NCBI GenBank assembly: GCA_976226885.1
Contig: OZ320315.1
Span: 48,856,001 to 48,920,000 of the forward strand
Reading direction: 5' to 3'
Origin: Iphione sp. A-MEVVRFRX5
Taxonomy: Eukaryota
DNA length: 64,000 nt
This document shows, piece by piece, positions 13,647 to 25,400 of this stretch (the first letter of the stretch is position 1; each line of letters opens with the position of its first letter). A model generated the notes under the pieces. That model was given only the letters and a program-made list of their open reading frames with translations, searched no databases and was not told the origin of the DNA. A program made the position numbers and the translations under genes.

Positions 13647-14023
13647 AATTATATCTACTACTTACACATCCTCGCACACTCCCTCGATTCGAACAGAATG
13701 TGTGCGATGAGTTCGACAAAACTCGAACATGTGACACAGTAACTATTCTACAACACTAAACATCCATACACACAACATGTCCCTCAACAATTATATCTAC
13801 TGCTTACACATCCTCGCACACTCCCTCGATTCGAACAGGAATATGTGCGATGAGTTCGACAAAACTCGAACATGTGACACAGTAACTATTCTACAACACT
13901 AAACATCCATACACACAACATGTCCCTCAATTATATCTGCTGCTTACACATCCTCGCACACTCCCTACATTGGAACAAGAATGTGTGCGATGAGTTCGAC
14001 AAAACTCAAACATGTGACACAGT
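13647..14023. repeat. ~141-bp tandem repeat, ~2.7 copies
   Basis: Units start at 13647, 13789 and 13929 (aattatatct...gatgagttcgacaaaactcgaacatgtgacacagt). Confidence 0.9.
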
Positions 14024-14139
14024 GAAGCGTAACTATTTTATCACGACCGACTGCCTTCGTAGTATATATTACCAGGTGACTTTGTGTACATACCTTGTTT
14101 TAAAAGTTGTTTTCCAATGTAGTACACCATAAATACACA

Positions 14140-14680
14140 AATACACTTAAGAGAGGTACCCATAACCATTCTCCTACTAAACTTTGTAACATACAAGTTC
14201 TTCTTGAACAATAATTACCACTGTTTTTCGTGGTTTCTCCTGGTAAATCTTCAGATATGTATCGTATGTTTTACATGAATCTTTTAGCCGATAGTAAAAT
14301 CTTTCTTTGACAACAAACCCCTAACCCACCGCACTCCCTAGATAAAAACAAAAAAGTATCCAATGAGTTAGACACAACTACAACATGTAACAAAAACAAA
14401 CCGATACTGGTTAATTAAGCAAACTGCCAGTTATTGGTGTACATACCATCTCTTATACTATTTGTTCGCCAACAGTAACACCCCAAAAACTTACACACAT
14501 ATACTTAAACAGGTCTACCCATAACCATCTTCCTACTAAACTTTCTAACGAACAAATTCTTCTTCACCACATATATTTCCGCTGTTTTTCATGGTTTCTC
14601 TTGGTAGATTTTCACATATATGTCATGTGTACTACACCAGACTGTTGGGCCAATGGTAAATCTTTCATTGACAAAACCCG
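14140..14680. repeat. Diverged direct duplication (~180 bp, ~360-bp spacing)
   Basis: tacccataaccat...cctactaaacttt...ggtttctc...aaatctttc at ~14140-14320 and ~14500-14680. Confidence 0.7.
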
Positions 14681-15479
14681 GAACCCACAAACACAAACAC
14701 TTAACACATAAGTACCCATAAAATAAACACAATCCGCCTTCCACAAGTTGATTCTTCCACATGAGAGTATTCTTCTTCTTTATACCAACAACTACTCCGA
14801 ATCAAAGTCTGCTGCCCCCTCTTTCTGAGCAAGTCACTCCTCCACATGAATGTCTGCAGCTCCTTTTTCAGCCGACTCTTCCACATTATGGTCTACGTCC
14901 ATATGTTCTACCTCTTTGTGACCAACTGACTCCTCCACATCGATGTCTGCTCCTTCTATTTTAGCCGACTCTTCCACAACGTGGTCCTTCTTTGACTTCA
15001 GTAATAATTCTTCGTCCCTGATATAATACAGCAAGTCAAAAAGACGCCATGTATGCAAATTGTCCGACTCACATAGTTAAGAAACAATTACCTAAAAATT
15101 GAAACTTTCAAAGTTAGACGTCCCATTGTATATACAGTACAGTGCAAACTCACTTAATGCTTACAATCTTTCTGTCAACGTACTATGAGTTGTTGGCATC
15201 CTGTACTCCTTTTTCAAAAACTCTTCCACTCTGTCACATTGTGGTCTTCTTCTTGTGAAACTCTACAAAACAAAAGTTGTCAAGGTTCAAAATCCCATTG
15301 TATTAAATGGAAAATGTTAGCATACTGCTCCTGGTATGGTCTTCTACTTGTAAAAGCTCTCGAAAGTAAAATTGTCAAGGTTGAAAGTCCCATTGGATGT
15401 AAAGTACAGTGCAATTAACGAATTGCATGCAGTCGTCCAATGTTGGGACCTTTCCTTCTATTTCAGTCCGTCCAACTGA

Positions 15480-16250
15480 CTTCCACTTGACTTCCTGTCC
15501 ACTGCTCCTTTTCAGCAAACTGGTCCACTCCTCCACATTGTGGTCTTCTTCTTGTAAAAACTCTACAATGAGCGTACTTGTCAACAAGTCTCATTGTATG
15601 TGCAATAGAGTGCAGCAAACTAAATGCATGCAGTCTTCCAATGTTGGGACCTCTCCTTCTACTTCTTAATACTCCCTATATATTTACTATATCTTCATGT
15701 ACAACGTTAGAAACACTGTACAATACAAAAACTTCATTGACTTCCTGTCCACTGCTCCTTTTCAGCAAACTGGTCCACTCCTCCACATTGTGGTCTTCTT
15801 CTTGTAAAAACTCTACAATGAGCATAGTTGTCAACATTAGAAGTCCCATTGTATGTGCAATAGAGTGCAGCAAACTAAATGCATGCAGTCTTCCAATGTT
15901 GGGACCTCTCCTTCTACTTCTTAATACTCTCTATATATTTACTATATCTTCATGTACAACGTTAGAAACACTATACAATACAAAAACTTCATTGACTTCC
16001 TGTCCACTGCTCCTTTTCAGCAAACTGGTCCACTCCTCCACATTGTGGTCTTATTCTTGTAAAAACTCTACAATGAGCGTAGTTGTTAACATTAGGGGTC
16101 CCATTGTATGTGCAATAGAGTCCAGCAACTAAATGCATGCAGTCTTCCAATGTTGGGACCTCTCCTTCTACTTCTTAATACTCTCTATATATTTACTATA
16201 TCTTCATGTACAACGTTAGAAACACTGTACAATACAAAAACTTCATTCAA
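15480..16250. repeat. ~255-bp tandem repeat, ~3 copies, with older copies nearby
   Basis: ttgacttcctgtccactgctccttttcagcaaactggtcc recurs at ~15487, ~15736 and ~15991; minus strand reads QEEDHNVEEWTSLLKRSSGQEV, and related HxVEE motifs occur at 14760-15060. Confidence 0.9.
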
Positions 16251-17959
16251 CTTTGAACAAAACTAAACCCACTTAAAATTACTTCAAGTCAATGACCAAC
16301 GCTTACACACCCGCACGGACAACAAGGTATATCTATCATTTTTTATTGATTCGACTTGAGCACCAACTGTTGCTACACTTCCACCTACCATCCCATTTCC
16401 AAACTGGAACCCAATTCCTGTCTTACACACTATTGCACTAAGCTGCTACATTGCTTCCTATAAGATTTCCCTCTGAATTTATATATAAATATATACAAAG
16501 ACTACTATTCCAACTCATTACTAGCGACGCGACTACCCACAATTTGAGTTTGGCCTTTGCTCCACCAAATTCATACAAACCTATTTCAAGTGAGAGTAGC
16601 TTCAGGTTACCGTTAACCTTACTCCACAAACTCCTCCTTCACTTTTTGTTTCTAGTGAAACCCCTCAAACACAATACATACACAACATTGAAAACCACAC
16701 CAAATAACCTTAACTGTAACATCACTTAGGTACTCTATGCCTAACACACACGAACACCTCACGCCTTTCTTATCACCTTCTGAAAATGTTCGCCAGACTC
16801 CTTTACTCCCTCTCCTTACACTTTATCTTATATACTAACCTATGCAACGCTGTAATTTTGTACACTTTGATTCATGCAAAACAACACTACCCTTCACCGA
16901 CCGACCTATTGAACATCACCCGTCCCACTAATAACACTCTCCACTTGTATCAGCTTATAGTATTTAATCACTTTACTACAACTTCCTGTGTATTTACTCT
17001 ATTCTGAAAAACGTTTTGCAAAGACTGTACAATACAAAAACATTCCTTCAACGTGAAAACAGTAACCTCACTTGTTATTACTAACTAAACGCGCCCCACC
17101 TTATAAAAATACTCTAGACTTCAAGAAGCTTCTAAAACTGTTCAATATACTTAATACTCCCTGAATATTTAGTATATCGTCATATACATCTTTGAATGCA
17201 CTGTACAATTCAAAATTCATTCAATGGTGAACAAAACTAAGCTCACTTAAAACTTAGTTGAACTACGATGAACAACGATTACACAATGTAGTATCCAAAT
17301 TTAGTACAACTTCCTAGCAAGTATCTAGTACACCAAGAACTACCAAATACTGTTTTCAGTTTTTGCGAGGTTGAAAAACACATAGAAACACTGCATAGGT
17401 GGTGTCATGTAAAATATCACACACAACACCTTGCCAACAAACTTTTCTACCGATTGTAAATATATACTATATGTTTGCGGTACTCTATGCTCCGTTTACT
17501 GAGTCTCTTATATTGTTATTTCATAAGGACGATATGTACATACGATTCATTCAATGAGTTACAACACTATCCTTCCTTAACAATGGTTTGGTGCAATACG
17601 CCTGACCCTGAGACCACTTTCCTGTTTCAGCACCTTCTATTACCTGTTCACAACCTCGCGTACTCCCACTAGACAAGCTCTATTTTATACTATTACATTA
17701 CTATCAAGTTATCCCCCAAACCCACACCTCGGTTAATACATATAAAACTAAATTGACGCCTGGCGCTACCGCCAACCAATGACGTACACTGAACCGCACC
17801 TACTGGTACTTTATCACATATTGAACATAACCAACCCTGTTTCAATGTTGGACTGAATACCTACTGAAGTTTCTATTCCCGGTGTTGTCAAATGTGGTGT
17901 TTCGCTTGACGCGTTGCATATATGTGCTTTGCTACTTATTGCCAAACAATTGTATTACA

Positions 17960-18700
17960 TCTTGATTTGTTCTTTGTACTACGTCTTACTTTAAGTTCTG
18001 TATCAACTGTACACAACTATGTCACCAACATCTACTACTGTATACGGTTTTTGGTATGTAAGAGCATTCTAATTACCTCAATAATTCGTTTTACTGAATA
18101 AAAACCACATATCTTCCACTTCATCTTTACTCAGTTTTATGTAAACCTTAGAAATACGCCATAGTACTTTGTACTACGCCTTAGGCCTACAAAAAAAAGT
18201 TCTGTGTTTCCGGTAACAGGCTAAAAAAATACAGGGTCGGTCGGTACATCACATATTTTTTTTTTCTTTATTTTTCACTGTAAAAGAACGCTGAAAGCAA
18301 CAGATGTGTATGGTAATATTACTTATACTGGTTAGATTTTTAAGAAAACATATGTCAAATGGAAGCCAGAAAACTAAAGAACAATTTGGAGTATAGAACA
18401 TGTCTCTATCATTATTCATGCCAAAGTTATTCAAAAAACAAGAAAAAAAAAAAATATCACAATAGAGTCTAATGAAGGGTCGGTCGGGTTACCGGAAACA
18501 CAGATATTTTTTGTTTAGGCCTTACTTTAAATTCTGTATCGACTATACACAACTGTGTCACCAACATCTACTACTGTATACGTTTTTTTGTATGTAAAAC
18601 CATTCTCATAACCTCAATAATTCGTTTCTCTGAATAAAAACCACATATCTTCCACTTCATCGTTACTCAGTTTTATGTAAACCTTAGAAATACGCCATAG
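17960..18700. repeat. ~210-bp tandem duplication whose second copy carries a MITE
   Basis: ctttgtactacg(t/c)c tta ctttaa(g/a)ttctgtatc...aaccttagaaatacgccatagtac occurs twice. Confidence 0.85.
18184..18521. mobile_element. PIF/Harbinger-type MITE (TTA TSD)
   Basis: TIRs ggcctacaaaaaaaagttctgtgtttccggtaac / gttaccggaaacacagatattttttgtttaggcc; TTA at 18181-18183 and 18522-18524; empty site with a single TTA at 17986-17988 in the sister duplicate. Confidence 0.92.
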
Positions 18701-19605
18701 TACCATATGTCATTCCGATCTAAAACTAATACGACTTGTAGCTCTTACTTTGCCTACTACAGCTACTTCTATCTATTACCATTCCTGCGCCTACGCGAAT
18801 TTAGAAGGAACTTTACCACTACGTTTTCCAGAACAAAAAGGCGCACTATCTGCAATTTTCAAAACATCTATTTGAATATTACCATTAGTAGTAAAACCAA
18901 ACCAAATCACTTGAAAAAAACTAAAACACAAATCGTATATAACTTATTGCATTATGCAACTAGCTGAGAAAGAATAGAATTTCCAAAATTCCGTTACGAA
19001 TTCCTTCTATAACTTAAAGATAAACTAAACACTATTTCTTCCAAAACAAAGTTTATTGCTGTGAAACCTGAATCCGCACCATACCTCCGACGATCGCATG
19101 ACTGAAGCTGCTACTGATGACTACATTTCCTGCCGTCTCGATTAGATGTCCTCACACCATCATCTTCCACGTGCTATAATCTTTCTTGTATACACTGGTT
19201 GCAACTCTAAACATATTGTTGACTTCTCACCGAAAAACCAATCCCTTCAATGTTAATACACTACACATTTACACTTACTCCCAACCTAACGCTTACTTGA
19301 CTTTTATATTAACCTCATAATCTAGTTATCTGCAATGAAAACCCATACTGACTTCATTGTAGTAAACTTCCAATTATTGATATCTGCCACATAACCTATA
19401 TATTTACATCATACCAATTTTACAAAACACCAAAACAAAACGTATATGTAACCACCAAACCATTAGTCTCGAACCTAATTTACATTCTTGTTCCTTAACA
19501 CCATGATCCCTTATCGATAACGCCTTGAGTGATTGACAAATTCTCTCCACTAAACCCCAAAACTCACACAAAATTGAAGCCGACTTATGCATTATTCTGA
19601 TAATA

Positions 19606-19691
19606 CTAGACTCGAACAATCTTCAATTACGTTAAGTAATGTTCCATACTAAACTCGAACAATGTTCAATTACATTAAGTGATGTTCCATA
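19606..19691. repeat. 43-bp tandem duplication
   Basis: cta(g/a)actcgaacaat(c/g)ttcaattac(g/a)ttaagt(a/g)atgttccata x2. Confidence 0.85.
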
Positions 19692-19949
19692 CATTCCATT
19701 TACAGACTAATACGTACCGCTTACAACTACACTAAACAAACAACAAATACCGCTCACCAGGAGCGCACAACATCTGCACTCCCACAAAACCGCCCAGGCA
19801 ACACTTCAACCCCTCGTGGGGGCATTACGAAAGATTACATGACAAATCGTAACCAAAAGCTTAGTCGTACTTGGAGGCCCAGCCTCCATGCCGGCGCGAA
19901 GATCAAACAACAGGCTCCTCCCCCTTTTTCGCGTTTTCCCCGCTCTAGT

Positions 19950-20010
19950 AATGGAGGTCACACCATCTGCTACCGCACATGGTAAACGCAGATGTGACCT
20001 CCATTGATAA
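19950..20010 (-). other. Nested hairpin, candidate Helentron 5' terminus (subTIR + partner IR)
   Basis: aatggaggtcaca (19950-19962) / tgtgacctccatt (19993-20005) with inner catctgc/gcagatg and tacc/ggta pairs; coincides with the end of the strand-biased region; the minus strand begins TTATC-AATGGAGGTCACA. Confidence 0.5.
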
Positions 20011-22281
20011 TGACTCTAAAGGAACACTAGAAATACATAGATACATACATCAAATAAGAGTTTTTCCTTTGATTTCAATAGAAAAAGCAATGATAATCTC
20101 ATATACGTCCACGCTAACTGCCACCATGCCATTATGGCATGATTCGATCGGTGGCCGTCTGGACTGGGTTAACATACTTATTTGGAAGGATGACTCTTTA
20201 TATTATGTATGCAAGTGTGCGTTTATATGTAAGCATATATATCTGTGAACGCAATCTGCAGCATGTTTAATCCTTTTCGAGGCTGGGTAGTGTGCCTATC
20301 ATCACACATCACCATCCATCACAACTCACTTTTGTTACGTTTATGGCCTTTCATAGGGCCATCTCCACAGCTGATACCAACGGTAAAAGGGGAGTTTTTT
20401 AAACAGAAACAGAATCCGCTTAGACTAGACTGATCCCACAGAAAATCTGCGGAAATGGTTAGTGTAGTGCTCAAACTTAACTTTCTTTTAACATCATACC
20501 ATCTGAATAGGCTGCATCAGAATCTTTCAGACCCACAAATTCTGTATAGCCCCTAGATAAGTGAGCTTCTACTGTATCACAAAGTAGTTAACCAAAACAG
20601 CTGTTGAGCATAACACTCAATAAGAACATGTACTGACTAAAGCTGAATTGATACTTAAATATTGACCAAGACCTCCTGGCTCAAATAGCTACTACTACGT
20701 CATGATGGCTTCTGCAGACATAACTGGGACATAACCTTCTTGACAAGAATGATCAGTACTACATAAGTGCCTCTTCACACAAGAGACAGATTTGCATATA
20801 GTTTACAATCGCAACAGTCATTAATAGTACTTTAAGAGTACGGAAGCTAGTGACCTCTGATTTACAGTGACCCCTCGGTATTCAAAGAGGTCAGCTACAT
20901 GCCATTGCTTCCTCAATATAGAGGAGGTGAGGCCCTAAGATGCTATACACTGTCTTGACTCTTCACTGAAAATGAAAACCCTTTAGTAGTGCAACACCTC
21001 GCTATAGCAGGCGGTTTCACTAGACACCACTCAAGTTGGTCGACACCAGGAAACATAACACGGGCAGATGTGGTACCTCGTTTATAAAATTACTTTTTGA
21101 GGAATAAAATCATCAAACTACTGTCAACGTACTCAAGCATGGATCAACGGGAAAGACAGTTACAGGGGGGTCTGTTCACACGAATTCACACTTCTGTATG
21201 TTAATATGAAAATCAGACCAACAGAGAAAGGTGCCCCCCAAGGTCCACGCTGCTATAAATGTCCCTGAGATTGAGACGTGCATACAGAGTTCCCATGTCA
21301 AACAGTGAAGTCACATTACATGCTCTTTCCATACCTCAATACTGTGTATTGTTTCAGTGCGACATAAGAGATTAAAACTATAGAGGGTGACTGTAGATAT
21401 AAACAGAACTGACAAAAGTAGATAATTCCCTCTTTCTTCTTTTCCTCTTTCTCTTGCTATATGTAAAAGGTGTCAAGTGCCCAGCTCGTCATTTACAGGT
21501 TGAAGTATGCACAACACCCAAGTCTGCATTAATTCAGGCATGGTTTTTGAGTACACGGAGGTACCTTCGTCTGAACTGCTGTCACGCCGTGCAATGGAAG
21601 AAACATATACATGACCTGAAAGGATGGAACAAATGCCGAACGACTAATGTTTGGCTAGAGAAATTGATATTTAACCGGGTTTCTCCACTGGGGAAGCACG
21701 GCCATGACACGATCTGTCCTTAATAAGACACATAATGCGAACTTAAGACGAATTTCAATTGACATTTTGCCCATACCCACTTAAATGCGATGGTGAACTT
21801 AAACCATGATGTCTTAATAAGGTACCCACTGATCAAAATATGTTCTCTCCTGCCACTAACGGAAGAAAGTGTAAAAGACTGTTGTAATAGGGTGGGGACA
21901 TTTTCGCAATAGGTACCTCTCCAAAACCTCACTTTGCGTCTCTTCATTTGTATGGTACAGGCATCAGGTTATAATACTGGTCTCCTGGGCACGGCCCCGA
22001 AGTGTACTACAAACTACATTTACAGATCCGTCATGGTGCATATGAAGAACAAGAACAGCAGCATAGCTGAGCTCGGTTATTCACATGACTGTTACTTTAC
22101 GCACAGTAACAATCTGAGATTACGTCATTGCAAACTGCATATTCCTGAAACCTTCCATGAACTTAAGCATATTTTATTTACTGAAATCACACTGCCCTCC
22201 ATGTCATCGATACGATGTATCTTCTACTATAGTTGACTAATCCTACACGAAGACTGCCATTGCCTGAAGTGACATCTACCG

Positions 22282-22474
22282 TTAACCTGGGACATGCCGC
22301 ACAGTTCCTTTCTTTGAAAGTCCTGGCTTCGAGGAGGACGAGCAACTGTGGCGCCTCCTCTGATCTGTTGCGGGAAGGCGAGCGCTACCTTTACTGACGA
22401 GCAACTCGGTGATGCACAGATCGTGCTCTCCACTTGTATCATACAACTCGACGATGAAGGGGCCCATCTTGGAG
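22282..22474 (-). CDS. Tudor gene last coding exon
   Basis: ttttcgcgcag|C TCC AAG ATG...: SKMGPFIVELYDTSGEHDLCITELLVSKGSA...HVPG*, the SN-fold end of an extended Tudor domain. Confidence 0.85.
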
Positions 22475-25400
22475 CTGCGCGAAAATGTGATTATATGGAT
22501 ACAGAACGTATATCTTTTTGGAACATTTTTTCAAACTCATATAGATTATCTATATTATATATCTTTGGTTTTGATTCTATAGAGATTTCTATTAAGATTT
22601 TGATGCCGACTTAGAACATATGGGACAAGGAAAACATTACGCAATCGGTAGTTTCTTAAAAAAAAAAAAAAAACTACATTTCCCGTCCCCATCTTTTCCG
22701 CAGTGGTAAAAAGCAACCATCTCCATACGAGCATGTCCATTCAAGCACAAGAATCGACATGTAATAAGCGTCAGTAAATCTCCGGCTCCACTGTCTGTCT
22801 ATCTCTTTGTCTGAGATACGTACACGCATCTGTCTCCTACAAGTGTTTGCACATAAACGTACCTTAGAAGCACCTCGGCAATGAGTATTTTGCCGTCAAC
22901 CAACTTCACGAATTCTTCTCTGAAAAGGATAAATAAAACAAAAGTGAAAGACATCCATCGGGTATAAAAACAAACAAGTATACATGCTGTAATGGAATGG
23001 AATGCACATTGAACAGTGTATGTTTTCAGACTTACACAATGTTGGAATTCCAGTGTTCCTTTGCTGGCAGAATATCAAGCGAACATTCAATTACTTGGAA
23101 GTTTGTGTGCAAGAAGGCATCCTTGATTTGTCGCACATTCTTCTCAGAGACCCACTGTTTGCTGCCAAGGTCTAGGTAGAACACCTGAAAGGCACCCCCA
23201 ACAACAGGTTTAACCCCAGCCAATTTTTATCTGTTATTATAAGTCCGGGTAATACATGAAGGCGTCTAACATTTTCACCTAAATTCGCACATCAGTTACA
23301 CATGCGTTTCTTCACCAAGTAAGCTCCTTCCTCTTGGATCACTAGAGACGAAGAAAGGATTTGTTTTATATCGCTTAGATATGCGTTATATTCTCTTACC
23401 TCAAGTTTACCATGGTCCTCTGCTATCTGCAGCACCCTGCAGCGGTACCACTTGTAATCTCCCTCATCTTTGACAGCGACAATTTCTCCAACTGCCTGCT
23501 CCACCATGTCTTGGCACTCAAACGGATGCTCAGTGTAAAAGTTGCTGCATTACAAAGTCAACCATTATATTCTCTGTGTATTCACGCTTTATGCTTCTAT
23601 GTCTATTCATGCTTCATGCTATTTCTCAAGTAAAGAAACCGATGCATGCTTCAAAAGAACAACACTTGAAAGACGCTACAATATGTCTAGTACGCTACAA
23701 TATGTCTAGAGAGACTACTGTGTTTGGAAATCCCAAATGGCCGAAAGAGGTGCCTGGGAGGTGGCAGTAGTTTAACTGTGTAACAAATCTGACATATCAA
23801 AGCTTAAAATTTAAAGTATCAAATAAGCGACTGGAGGTGGAAAAGGCTCTACCACTGATGGTTGGTATTATGAGCTGTAAACTGTTACACTGACCAACTG
23901 CTGGCTTTGATAAACCAGACATAATTTCTGCATCTGTCAGCAGCATCGTTTGATAAACTGGGAGAGTTTTTCAAAGGTTTTCAAAATTTTAGTTCACTCT
24001 ACTTCTCATAGTATATTTCTTTAGCCACGTTCACATCGTACTTCTCATAGTATAAGATAGTCGATATCAACATTAACATTTTTCAGCAGTTGTTTCTGCT
24101 TGATCTTATGAATTATGTGCCTTTTAACAATTCCTTGTGCAGCTGTTAGTTGGTCTGAAATCTATGAGGAGTGCAATTCATCTTAGGAGGCTAGCGGGGA
24201 TACAATCTTTAGAACAAAGAAGTAAAAAACTACTCCTCTGTCTTATACATTGTTTTTCTTATTAGGCATTTGCAGAAAGAATATTGCAAGGAAAAGTACT
24301 AGGTAGAGTGCTGCTATTACAATAACTGTAAAGAAACCTATTACATCAATGTTCAAGCAGAGCATCTGGTACTCAGGTATTACTATTTGGAACTCATTAC
24401 CTATAGAGCTAAGATCCTTGCCAGATACACACATGTTCAAGACACATTGTACGAAACTAACTACTGAAGTAAGGCCCCCCAAAATGTTCTGTGTTTCTGG
24501 TAACATGGCAAAACATTACGGGGTTGGTCGGTAGGTGGGTTTTTAAAATGATTACTTTTTTAATGTTAATGACCTCAGAGAAACAAATGTATATGGCAAG
24601 ATAAGTTCTACTGCTTAGATTTTAATGAAATATATATTAAATGAAAGCTAATGATGAGAGCAACAAAATAGTGTATAGTATGTGTCTGTATTTTCATTCC
24701 AAGGATATTCACGAAACAAGAAAAAGAGGGTCAGTCGGGTTACTGGACCAGAGATATTTTTTGTTTAGGCATAATGAATACTAATAACCATTCCAGGCGA
24801 GAACACTATTATAGCACCAGATGTTTTGATGTCATACTACCTCTTAGGATCTATAGTTTCTTGAACTGGTGTTTATCTCTGGTATTAGTATCATGTATTT
24901 AGTGTATTAGAAGACGTGGCTAGGCCCTTGCTCTGTTGGTGCCAACCAAGTCAAGTGTCATCATGTATTTAATAACTCCACCTATGTTACACTAGGAGAA
25001 CTTCTTGTACACCCTACTCTGTACCAAAAAAGTGTAATTTTCAATTTCAGTTTTAAAAAATGAAAGAGTTCTTGTTCTTTTTTAAACTCTTGAATACTTA
25101 TCTTGTTGGGATCTTATTTGAAAGAAATAGGTTTTAGTGTTTTTAATTTATTCATATTTGGATATCTACTTGCAAAACACTGCAGTAGTGCAAAATATAG
25201 CCGTCAAACTATGCGACAAGTGTATGCAACTCTAGGCAAACAACACAAAGAAAAAGGCGAATACATATTCATGTGCACTTCTAAAACTGAAGCGTACACA
25301 ATTAATGTTAGATGTGTTCAAAGGGTTGACCATGGCATTATTAATGTGCATACAAAAAACACCTTGTTCATAGAAACAGCACAAGTGTGCTTCTTAGCAT

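Larger units (their letters stand above)
1..20010 (-). mobile_element. Large Helentron/Helitron2-type rolling-circle transposon, 5' part (Rep/helicase and 3' end lie left of the window)
   Basis: Helentron-type RepHel N-terminal ORF at the left edge; a continuous G-poor plus strand from 1 to ~19950 that stops at a nested hairpin (19950-20005) followed on the minus strand by a TT start. The right boundary is inference. Confidence 0.6.

Noticed and set aside
13647-16250. Regularly spaced repeats as a CRISPR-like array
   Set aside because: Whole units including the 'spacers' are duplicated, so these are tandem repeats; eukaryotic context, no cas genes.
19404-19619. Minus ORF ...LCEFWGLVERICQSL..., considered as a USP-like fragment
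   Set aside because: No Cys-box or His-box could be reconstructed.
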